A stretch of 62,000 nucleotides of DNA from Wallemia ichthyophaga EXF-994 (taxonomy: Eukaryota; Fungi; Basidiomycota), in contig NW_008806283.1 in the NCBI RefSeq assembly GCF_000400465.1, positions 144,001-206,000 on the forward strand. The letters run 5' to 3'. Made by a program: the position numbers and the translations under genes. Below are positions 23,735 through 34,972 of this stretch, piece after piece. Every line of letters begins with the position of its first letter. Positions within the stretch are counted from its first letter, which is position 1. The notes below the pieces were generated by a model. That model searched no databases and had not been told where the DNA came from. It saw nothing but the letters and a program-made list of their open reading frames with translations.

Positions 23735-24149
23735 ATGGTGTGTCAATGAGTTATCATTGAATATTTTAAATTCTAATAATTTAGTCCGAAAATCTTAATT
23801 ATATTCAAAATCAACAATTAGAGAGATTACACGCAAGATATACAGGTACTGGTAATCCTGATATATCCAAACAGTGAGCACATCTAACTTGTTATTATGA
23901 ATAATCCTAACCAATAAAATTCAGCGAATGGGTCACAAACCAACAAAGAGATACATTTGCTAGCATCGTCGGTCATCCACCTCTATCCTCGTATATGTCC
24001 ATAGCAGATGGTGAATCAATATCACGTACAAAGTTTAAAATGATACAGGTGAGTAAAATTCCATATAAACTCTTAGTAAATATAACTCAATGTACATGTA
24101 TTAGTCTATGATATCCCCAGCTGGTCCACCACCTCATAAGGATGATTAG
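23735..24149 (+). CDS. SF3B5: Splicing factor 3B subunit 5 (SF3b10/Ysf3); 4 exons, exon 1 is only the ATG; absent from ORF track
   Basis: Spliced translation is MSENLNYIQNQQLERLHARYTGTGNPDISKHEWVTNQQRDTFASIVGHPPLSSYMSIADGESISRTKFKMIQSMISPAGPPPHKDD. Three canonical introns; the first is 23738-23784. Confidence 0.9.
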
Positions 24150-24316
24150 ATTTTCTATCAAGATGATATTCAACTATAAATTAACAACCCACCTGTATTT
24201 TAATAAATTTCCTCTACATTTACCAATTTCGTTAAATTTTACTTGAGTTACTATACGCGTCTCACTGCGCGCGTTACTGTCTTCAACTTATATCATCATC
24301 TCTGTTGAAATAAAAA

Positions 24317-26066
24317 ATGGCAACGACCTCGAGAAGGCAGAGCCCAAGACTGTCAACTGGCTTGTCGAATAACTTATCCAAGCAATCCTCTTACACCTTC
24401 TTAATGCCCTCGTTAGAAGACGATGAAGTAGATGTTCCACCTCCATCAGCTCCTTTACCATCACGCAGAAATACAAGGCAGAATAGCAGCTCTGATCTTG
24501 ACAGTAGAAAGAAGCCTAGGATTGATGTACGTCTCTTGATATCTCTCCAGTCTTCGTCTAACTTGATATCGCTAGCAGCCTTCACAATCCCAACCTCTAC
24601 CTTCAGATCAAAAAGCTCACAAATCTCCGCGATCGTCTAAAGATGACTTTAATTCCAAACAACTCAAGTCGAATCATCATGATAACCGCAAACTCCAACC
24701 TCATCAAAAAGATAGGCTAAAAGAAAAGGAAAGAGATAAGGAGAAGAAGGATGTTCAGGAAAGAAAAGATGCAAAAGATAAAGATAAAGCTAAGAGGCTT
24801 CAACTTCAACAGGATAAACCTACTCAGCGTAAAGATAATCAACTCAGTATTAAAGATCAAGGTCCTACAAAGATACCTAGGCCTTTTAAAATTCCTGAAA
24901 CTGCTACAAATAACGTATCATCCACTCCAATGAAAGCTCCTCAGCCTCAAATATCAAAACATGTCGATATCTCTGCACCTATGCCAGTCGCCGAAACTCC
25001 TCAAATAAAAGCAAATAAAGATTTGAGAAAAAGTAGGCGGTCTTCTGTAGGCAATAGAGGAAAGCGATCATCATCTTGGTCTAGATCAGGTATCATCGTA
25101 CCACCACACCCTGATCTCAACTCCACAGAGTTCTGTAGGCATATAGACGAAGATTTACCCGATCCAAGGAGGTTCAAGATTCTTTTTGAATGGTGCAGGT
25201 TTAGAGCATGTAATCCAGATGTCGTTAAACCTAGAAGATCAAAAAGAGTTGAAGAGAGTGAACTCAAAGAGCAAAAGCTTTTACTAGATGCAATAAACAA
25301 TAAAAAGGTTGTCAGCTTAGCACAAAATGTTGTCGATGATTGGGTAAAGTCGTTGTCTATCAATGCTCCACCTTGGATGCCACCAAAGAGCAACAAACAG
25401 AGGCAGAAAGCTAAAAATCCCGAAAATGAGAAGTACAAGGAGCTAATAAGGAAGTCTCAAGAAACTCTAGCAAAGTTAAAACTAGAGGATGAAACTTGGT
25501 CGAGGTTGCGATCAGATGCTAGGAAAGCTGAACAAGAATCTGTAGATGTATACAACAATCACTCGTCTTTGACAGAGATGAATCAAGACAATGACTTGGA
25601 GCTAGATCAATTACCTGAAGCTGTTCAATCTGATATTCGAGGTATACTCGACAAGTCAACGTCCGACAAAGAAACCATTGATCAGAACAACACGATTAGC
25701 AACCTCAATTATACAATATCAGAATTAGATCAAGTTTACCATCAGTCCTCATCATATCTAGAAACCTCGGAGATATATACAAACAACGTGATGACACATT
25801 ACCTAGGATTACTGAGATCTCGTCTTTCTCTAAACAAGAATGATGATCAAAATGACAACAAATCAGATCAAGAAAAGACGTTACCATCAACTTTAAATTT
25901 GGCAGCAAGCAACAATAATAACAAATACCAAGAAATTGATGCCTTGCCATTGCTCCGAGCAATTTCTAGGCCAATCCAAGAACAACCCAAGACAAACAGC
26001 AATATCAATGAAGATGAAGATGACCGTGCTGGTGAAATCAGTCTATTTTGGAGTAGAAAGGTTTAA
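24317..26066 (+). CDS. DSN1: Kinetochore Mis12-complex subunit Dsn1/Mis13
   Basis: Basic/Ser motif RRSSVGNRGKRSSSW followed by PHPDLNSTEFCRHIDEDLPDPRRFKILFEWC and KAKNPENEKYKELI. One intron near 24528-24575. Confidence 0.75.
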
Positions 26067-26150
26067 TAATTCCGTTCATTAATATTTTTACACTTGTACA
26101 ATTTATAATATACAGTAGAAACATTATTATGCGTGTCTTAAGTTTGATAA

Positions 26151-28419
26151 TTACGTATTCATGCCATCTAAGGCTAATCTTGCTGGTTCACTAACGGAGA
26201 ATTTATCCTGAGACAAAGTCAAGAGCGATTTATCGAATTCCAATAAACGCATACGTGTACGTATCTCACTACGAGCTTGGTAGGGCTGACCTTCAATTGA
26301 ATTCGAAAGGTTACGAAGTGTCCATACAGCAGCAGCTCTAACTCTCTCATCCCAGTGCGTAAGTAATCGCTTCAAGTTGCTGCATATAAGCGGTCGCCAT
26401 AGCAACGTTTTCTTCTGTTCATATGAGCCAGTTGCGACATTATTTACAACATACGCAGCTTGCAATAAAATCTCTACTTGATTTGTTTGAAACTTATGTT
26501 CAATAATCTCCAGAAACTTATCCTCTCCACCAAATCCACTACAAACCAGATTGATATCTACTTCTCTTGTAACTAAATTTCTCAAAACAAATAAAACTTG
26601 CTCAACAACTTCGCTATTGCTGTCATTCAACAGCTTCTTGAAGTGATTATATCCAATTTGATCACAAATAAACCTCTTCAACTCTGTCGATGCAGCAAAA
26701 ACCATATTCTTAATAGCCCAAAGAGTATTCAATCTAACCTTGTGCGATTTCGAGTACGTAAGTTTCACTAGAATCTTTACTCCACCATTTTGTATTAACT
26801 TTTGCTTTAATGGTGAGAATCCGCACACTAAGTTAGCTAAAGCCATCAAGGCTATCACTTTATTACGTTCATTTTCCTCATCATTAGAGATTATGCTCAA
26901 TAATGTCAATTCAACACCTGAATCAACCAATGATGTACGCAACACTCCTACACTTCTACTCAGTGCTCTGATGCACTGTGCAGCTGAGCCTCGAATACCT
27001 TTGGCTTTATGTTGTAAAGATACCGCGATTGCTTTTAATAAATGTGCATCAACGATCAATGTTCTCAATTCATCTAAATGAAGTGCAAGCGCTGCAACTA
27101 TCATCAGAATCCCTTCTTGTAATTTCAGGTTGTCTTCTGATAGCTTACTACCTTCCACGTTGTACTCGTCTTTTTCATACAGCAGACAAGTCTGAAATAT
27201 ATCATTCAGCTTGTTGAGTATACCTGATTTGCACGCATGGTCTTCTAAGTCCGTCGCATCTGACAATATAGTCGCTAAGATGGATGATGCCGGTATCTGT
27301 ATCTCAATGTTTTCATCAAGTAGTCGAATCAGCTGCTCGATTAACTCCAATGCTTTCGGCCTATCAATGGTTGATATAAGTTGGATCGTCGGGGGTCCAT
27401 CGGGTCTAAGAAGGTCTGATTGCTGACTTTTGATAATGTGTACTAGTCTGTTGTTATAATATAAGTCGAATTCAAGATCATTTCAAAACAACTCACGTTT
27501 TACATGCTTCAAGTCTTAATTGGGGACTCTTGCATTCAAAAAATATTGTCAGTGATGGTATTGCTCTCACTATGGCATATAAATGTTAGAATCATCTAAT
27601 AGCATGAATCGGCACGGACTTTGTACCTGTCTAAATGCTAAAACCGCAGGTGAATAGTCTTTGCACAAGGAACCAAGCAGTTTGAGCGCTGCAATTTGAA
27701 GCTATGAAATGGTTAGTTGAATATAATTAAATAAAGGGATCTCACTTTTTGTACATCGCAATAGATGTATTTAGCCAAATGGTCAAGCAGACCCTCTACG
27801 GAAAGAAGCGATGCTTTGTGTCGAGTATCATTCACTGTGGTCAACAAAGTGATCAAGTTGATGACGAGTTTTCTATTAGACGATGTGAGATGTTTGAGGA
27901 GATTAGGTAGGTGCGGAGACTGAATGAATTTGTAAGTCTTTGGCAGGATAGAGCTACATTACCTACAAAAAAAATGTTATTGAGTTGCGCTGCAGCCCTA
28001 GAGCATATATCGTCATCGATTTGCATACTATCTTTGTCGATACCGGCTCTATTGTTATTCGAAAAGGTGGTGATTGTTTTGTAGAAGATAGATGCATTCC
28101 GTAGACATCTGAACAAGTACTCAAGGACGCGTTGACAGTTACAGACGGTTGCAGTCTCAACTAAGCGTTTAACGACGCCATCAAGTACATTGATTAATAG
28201 GTATTGATGATTTGGTTCCATGTTTATATTGGTGTACAAACTGCCAATAATTAACGAAGATTGTATCAGCCTGTCAGTATCAACTTGATTATGTAAATTC
28301 GACGGCGAAATCTGATCAATCAATGATTCCACTTGGCCTTTACTCTCAGAAAGCTGCTTCTTTTGTACTACATCTCCTATAACACTATTCTTAAGCAACT
28401 TCAACTGATGTGTATCCAT
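26151..28419 (-). CDS. Armadillo-repeat protein, ARMC8/Vid28(Gid5)-like GID/CTLH subunit
   Basis: N-terminal LKLLKNSVIG, ARM repeats AAQCIRALSRSVGVLRTSLVDSGV, ALANLVCGFSPLKQ and RLNTLWAIKNMVF. Several short introns between 27350 and 27900. Confidence 0.75.
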
Positions 28420-28785
28420 GACTGATGATGGTGCTGATGATGGTCAAGGTCGAGAAGGCAAAGTGATTAAAGCATTCATATATCTCAGCACATCAATAGC
28501 AACTTACAACTTAGCTGGCAAGATTTATAGGCACCACCGACAAACACCATCTTCCAGCTCCGTACATGAGATAAGACACAAATCAAGAGAGCGAGACATC
28601 AAAACCTTTCATTCGATCTATTATATTATTTGATAGCACGAAGCTTTTGTTGATACATACTGGTCTGCGACTCACACCATATATGAGCTACATCAGCCAT
28701 GTACAACAAACTCTAGGATGCGGTTGTCCGAACGGAATATATATTATCAACTTAAAGCATTCATCAGTAAGTCATAAACGCTTTT

Positions 28786-29223
28786 ATCACCTCGTTAAAC
28801 TTCGTTAATCTACGTTAACGGGATTGGTATAAAGAGGCAATTCTTCTCTTCCTAAAACTTTAAGACGGTTAGTGAACAACTAAAGTGGATTAGAAGCAAT
28901 GCTCACACAGCACGTCAGGTACTCCAAAGGATCATATTCTATAGGTCGTATCCAGTCTATCGCAGATTTAATTCTGCCACTTTATCATTGGCTCGACGAT
29001 GACTAGTGACCTCCTTCCCTTATTCACCGAGAACTCTGAGGTGGTAGCACGCTGCTAGCCTCTCGATGACGTGCACGCGAACTAATTGTCGACGTTGATT
29101 TCAATGTCTTGACGTGGTTTGTCGTGAGGGACTTGGAGTGTTTTCTGAGGCCATTATGATTGTATTTTTAATGATTTATTTGATTAATCTTTTATGTTCT
29201 AAACAAGCCTGATAAGTCTGTTT
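28786..29223 (-). repeat. 438-bp non-coding repeat, copy B (inverted relative to 15160-15593)
   Basis: Reverse complement matches copy A from AAACAGACT to GAGGTGAT. Confidence 0.95.
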
Positions 29224-29572
29224 TAGGACGTTGCTTTCATGAATAGTGAACTTGGCAAATGTATATAATTCCAGCTCTGCACTTAACCATGGTGTGATGC
29301 CAATCAACACATCGACGTTATAATCCATGTGGCCAAGAAACGAACGTACTCTAAATATTTTATTTATTTAGTTCTGTCTGACGTAGGCATTCCTCGATCG
29401 ATTAAAAGTCAATCATTGCAACAGACTCCGAAACACCGCAGCCCCGAAACTGAACAAGTGATGCGTCACCTGCAATCTAACAAACTAGCACATATGCCTA
29501 TAAAATTGTATTTGACTATTCATACGCCGCTGCACCTAACGCACGCTTCTTATAAGATCACTCTCATCGTCG

Positions 29573-29899
29573 ATGACAACGCTTTTATACAGAAATCTGC
29601 TGAGAGAATTCAGCAGAAGTGTAAGATGGACCTTCGTTTAGATATTGTGCTAAGAGGAGCTACAGACACCGCCCGGTGAGCGTAATGGTCAGATATTCGC
29701 CCATCTGCGTACACTCTTCGCATCAGCGAGCCACTCAAAGGAAGATATGGAAAGCATGGTGGATTTCCTGAGGGCATCTAGACAACACAAAGAGTTATTG
29801 AAGCGCTACAATCCACTTTCAGACCAGACGCCACAAGAGAGGGTCGAAGCAACTGCCAGAAGGGTTGGTTTGGCAGTTCCACAGACACCCGATTTTTAA
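29573..29899 (+). CDS. FMC1: Mitochondrial ATP synthase assembly factor Fmc1 (LYR-type); absent from ORF track
   Basis: Exon 1 is MTTLLYRNLLREFSRS. The intron is 29621-29665 (GTAAGA...GCTAAG...TACAG). Exon 2 reads TPPGERNGQIFAHLRTLF...FLRASRQHKELLKRYNPLSDQTPQERVEATARRVGLAVP. Confidence 0.85.
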
Positions 29900-30105
29900 C
29901 TTTAATTACGATTGCATTTATCAATACAAATACAAGTTAATTATTAAATTTGGCTTGTGTGTTTGAAGTGAGAAGTAGCAGAAATTTATTCGGAGTTCCA
30001 TAGACATGTCAATGCTCATCCCAAAGCATCCTTGATATCTTGCTCCTTGTTAATACAGTTGAAAAAGAAAATCCCAAATATAAGTAGACAAAAAATACCA
30101 TCATT

Positions 30106-31691
30106 TCACTTGGTCATACCATTGATATCAATCGCAAGAGCTGACGGGTAAGACACCCTCTCGATTTGTTGGTCAATTTGATCACCAAAATCTGATTCCA
30201 CGTCTATATTCATTGCTTGTTGTTCTGGCGTACCTGTATGGAATCTAGATGGTTTGAAAATTTGTGTCAGTTTAGAGAACGCAGACGATTTAGTTGTTGA
30301 GTTGAATTTTGGGCTGGCATCGTTTGGTGACGCAGGTGGTGTCGATAAGGGTGTTAATAGACTTTCAGGTTGCTTAGATGTAAATGAGCCATCGGTTTCG
30401 TTAGAGTTGCAAGACGAGTCTGATGATTCAACGGGCACAGCCACTTTCTTAAGGTTTGGCTTCCTCTCCACCCGTCTGAGGTGTTGAAAATTGACTTCCT
30501 TTGGTGGTGTTGTTGGCGGCGTCAGTGGCAGCTTGTCGTTCTTGTTTGCCCTCTGCCTTACTCTTGGCCTCTTTGGCGAACCTAATTCTTTAGCGTTTGG
30601 TGGAGGTGGGGGTGGTACCACCATTTGTTGTTGTTGAAGATCAACTTGCTGTTGTTGGATTCTATTAGCAACAGCAGATGCAGCGGCAGATGATGTAGCA
30701 GCGGCAGCTTGTCTTGCGGCTTTGTGTGCATGCTTCAATTGAGAAGGTGTCAAGGTAAACTTTTCAACTTGCATTACCCTTTGTTTCAACTCATCAAGAC
30801 TGCATCTTTGAATTGGATCAATAGTGAATATCCTTTTCAAGATGTAATTTGTGAGATCTGATATTGGTAGGATCGTTTTTAGAAAGTCTGGTTCTCGAAG
30901 GTACGCAGAGAATGTCTCATCTGTCAGACTTGCTTCTTTCCAGGGGTTTCTACCGCAGGTTAAATTGACCAAAATAACACCAAGAGACCATATATCGTTG
31001 CGCTTTGTGCAGTAAGGAACTTTTCTGTGAGTCAGAGCCCCATGACAATCTGTACGGAGTTAGTAATTAAATTCCGGAAAAAGTCAATGAACTGACCTGG
31101 ACTCATATAGAAGCTGGAACCGCAGCCAAAATCACCTGAACGTCTCTCTGAAGTAGCCAAACCAAAGTCAGCTAGCAAAATGTTGTTGCCACCCGCAGTA
31201 CACAGAATGTTTTCGGGTTTGAGGTCACGATGGTAAATGCCGAGGCGATGGCAATGTTGAACGGCGTCAACTATTTGTAGAAATACCGACTTGATTAGCT
31301 CGTCGTTGTCGATATATTTGAATTGTTCTGTTATCATTGAAAAAAGGTCGCCTGCTTGAGCATATTCCAAAACAACGAAGATTGTGGCTGGACTATCAAT
31401 AATCGCATGAACGGTTGCGATATTTTGATGTGATGAAGCTAAACCATGCAAAGCAATTTCCCTTCTTTGAAAAGCTTTCTGACGATCATCCAAGCCATAC
31501 TTAGGCAAACACTTAACGGCGTACAGTTCACCGAGCGGTCTATAGTAGTCGTCTAGTCTTTCAGCTAATAGTACTGTACCGTATGCGCCAGTACCAATAG
31601 TGCTAATGAATTTGAGCTTAATACGTCCATCGTCCAGGGTTGACTGTAACAGCGATTGTGCCTGCTGGACGTGCTGTGGGAAGTTGGACAT
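30106..31691 (-). CDS. RAN1: Ran1/Pat1-like (Sks1/Vhs1 family) Ser/Thr protein kinase
   Basis: Contains IGTGAYGTV, YAVKCL, HRDLKPENIL, LADFGLAT and NDIWSLGVILVNLTCGRNPW. One intron near 31052-31097. Confidence 0.85.
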
Positions 31692-32163
31692 GATTTGTAT
31701 GTAAAAGCTTCTTTCTTGAACGTTGCAGTCGAGAAGTTAAATTCAATTTTAGTTTAAGATCGAGGTGTGTGAACGAGTACAGAGACGGCGTGTCTAGTCC
31801 TTGTGATGATATCATACGCAGAATTCATAAATTTATTTACCGTTTAAGGAAAGGAAGCAATTATGTTGTAAATTTCGGCGAATTGATCAATATGCGCTTG
31901 TTAATCGCTAGTTTGAGTGTATTACCAAAGCGTAGGAAAATCTTCAATCATGGATTCAACTCAGACATTAATTTAGTAACTAAAACATCAATTTGGAAAA
32001 CTCGGGTGTATTTCTCGTGAATAAACTTTATGCTATTATTAAAATTACAAATTCGTGAAGCTGTGGTATATGATACTGAGTGGTAGTTGAAGAATTGTAC
32101 ATCTGGAAGTTTAATGAAGGATAACGCGGCATGATGGCAACATGTTAAACATTAACTATGATG

Positions 32164-32871
32164 TCATCTTAAGCTTTTGCACCTCTCATGATAAACGTTG
32201 AATACACTATCTTCATCTTTATAATAGCTTGGTAGAACATCTTTGACCATGTCTTTGTCAACCATTAAAGTTAAGTGACTGGATTTGTTCGCAGTATTCG
32301 CTGCTGGTTTGGGTTTTATTGGTAGCTCATTCAAATAAGCCAAGGAGCTGCGTGAGTTTTTAGACTCTGGGTCAAGTGACCAGGTGGAAGATAATGGCGA
32401 TTGCGGGTGGTCATCGACACTGTATGAGTTAACTTGATGTGAGCGGAAGGGATGAGAACTTACAATTCTAATTTATTGCTAAACTTAACACCTTTTATGC
32501 TCTCCTTGTTAATCAATTGGTTAAAGTCTTTATCTATCCAGGAACTGGGCTGATTAAAGAAGGAGCTAGCACTGGACCTAGTTGAGGGAGTCGTTGTAGG
32601 CGATTTACTTAATTTTATCGAGTCAATCGATTGTAACAAAGCGTATAATCAAGACTCACAGGTTTATATGACTCGTGTTGTGATTCGACTGAAAGAGCTT
32701 GTCTTGAGGGGAATTCTTGTATTGAATATTACTCTCATCGTTCTTGTAATCCGCAGCTTTCCTTCTAATCTGCCAGCAAAGAACGATGACGAATACAACG
32801 ACAGCGAGTACACCCGTGGCGATTACCGAGCCAAAGACGATAGTTTTCGTATTTTCAGATTTATAAGTCAT
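32164..32871 (-). CDS. Hypothetical single-pass membrane protein (3 exons)
   Basis: N-terminal TM IVFGSVIATGVLAVVVFVIVLCW followed by RRK. Two canonical introns (GTGAGT...TAAG and GTAAGT...TTAAC...ACAG) keep an open frame to TGA at 32164. The start is uncertain. Confidence 0.6.
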
Positions 32872-33247
32872 ATTAGAGACAGAGAAGGGGATGAGGATGT
32901 AGAAAATCCCAGTGACATAGCATTCCAATTCCCGTGTTTGTGTGGCTGCGTATCAAACAAGGCATGGTATTAAGGCATTCAATTGGAGTGAAATGAGAAA
33001 TATTCTTAAGTTATCAGGCTACAAGGGGAAAAAGCATTTTGAAGAAGCATGTTGGTCGATTGAGTGACTCGAAGAACGTCAGATACATTCAACTAGCCAA
33101 ATTAAATCGATCATTTATCTCAGTTGAGTGGTATTCATTTGAGTAGTCTTTAACTTCAAATATTCTGGGCCACTTCAACTTGATTGAGAAATTGAAAGAA
33201 GAAGTTTTGTCGAAGAGGCCCATATAAAAGAAAGTTAAAATATTACA

Positions 33248-34972
33248 ATGATGATTTCAAGAAACTTACATAAATTTAATAGGCTAGGCATTAGGAATTA
33301 TACTCATTTTGTTACTACCCCGATTTTCTACGTCAACGCTGATCCCCATATTGGTCACTTATATTCAATTGTTGTCGCGGATACTATCGCGCGTTACTTG
33401 AAATTGAAACACCCCTCCGATAATGTCGCTTATTCTACTGGCACAGACGAGCACGGTTTGAAAGTTCAACAAGCTGCTACCGCCCATTCAACTACACCTC
33501 TTAAATTATGTGACAACATCTCCCCCAAATTTAAAAGTCTAGCAGATTTAGCTCTGTCTTCTCATACAGATTTCATAAGAACCACCAGTCATCATCATAT
33601 CAACACTGTCCATTCCCTATGGTTGGACTTATTCAACAAAGGCTACATCTACAAAGGTAGCCATCAAGGCTGGTATGCTGTATCCGATGAAGCTTTTTAC
33701 TCTGATTCATCTGTCACCGATCACTTTGATCACTCTACCGGTGAATCGTATAAAATTTCCACTGAAACTGGAAAAAGGGTCGAATGGATGTCTGAAACTA
33801 ATTACAAGTTTAAACTTAAACATTTCAGACAAAAGTTGATTGACTGGTTGTTATCAAATCCTAAAGCTATACACCCACCCCAGCAATACAACGCTATCCT
33901 TTCTTCCCTTCAGTCAAATCAGAGCGCCAACTCAGATTTGTCCATATCCCGTCCTTCCAATCGCTTAAACTGGGGTATTCCCGTCCCTAACGATCCTTCA
34001 CATACCATTTACGTTTGGATTGATGCTTTGACTAATTATTATTCTGTTGCTCAACTTCATGGTCTAAGCACTTGGCCTGCTGATATACACGTAGTTGGCA
34101 AAGACATTATTAGGTATATATAAAATCTTCTCATTTGCCTTTAATGCTCATAAGCATTACAGGTTTCACGCTATATACTGGCCTGCTCTACTTTTGGCTT
34201 CAAATAAGCCATTGCCAAAAATTATTCTTAGTCACGCACATTGGACCATGAACGGTTCCAAAATGTCTAAATCCACTGGTAATGTCGTCGATCCTTTCGT
34301 CGCAATTCACAAGTATTCTGCAGACGTACTGAGGTTTTACTTACTTAGAGTTGGTGGTAACTTCGCAAATGACGCTGATTTTAAGCAACACGAATTAGAT
34401 CTGAAATACAGCTCTACTTTAAAGGGCCTACTTGGTAATTTGTTGTCAAGAATTAGTGGAAAAAAAATTATGGATAAACTTTCAAATGCTAATCCCATCG
34501 ATATTCATCCTAATGATAATGAAGAGATCTTACATAACAAGTTGGTTTCTTTGCATACTCGGTTCATAACTTCTATGGATACCTTTGAGATGGGAAAAGC
34601 TTTGGAAACCATCGAAGATACCCTTCACGAGGTTTGTCTGTTCATCTTCTTTTCTTTTATATTTACTCGACCGATCAGGTTAACAGATATTTCACAAAAG
34701 TTGAGCCGTGGTCTGATCATACCTCAATTGAGGAGTGCGCGCGATGTGTCATGTACGCTCGGGAAACACTGCGTATTATTGGTATTCTCCTTCAACCAAT
34801 CATGCCAAATAAAAGCAAAGAATTGCTTGACAAACTAGGTGTCGATTTATATGCAAGAAATTTGCAAGACGCTGCACTGAATATTTCACTCACTCAGACC
34901 TTAACACTCAATACCCAAACAGCTGTACTTTTTCCACCTCTTATTGAAAAGACTACAAGTAATTTAAATTAA
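33248..34972 (+). CDS. MSM1: Mitochondrial methionyl-tRNA synthetase
   Basis: Contains TTPIFYVNADPHIGH (HIGH), TGTDEHGLK, YVWIDAL and KMSKS, with an N-terminal presequence and two introns. Confidence 0.92.

Noticed and set aside
28418-28633. 71-aa plus-strand ORF sharing a CATG with the ARMC8-like start
   Set aside because: It has no recognisable features and lies in the ARMC8 promoter region.
29329-29679. 116-aa ORF, and an apparent frameshift in FMC1
   Set aside because: The ORF is a non-ATG shadow frame. The apparent frameshift disappears once the 29621-29665 intron is spliced.
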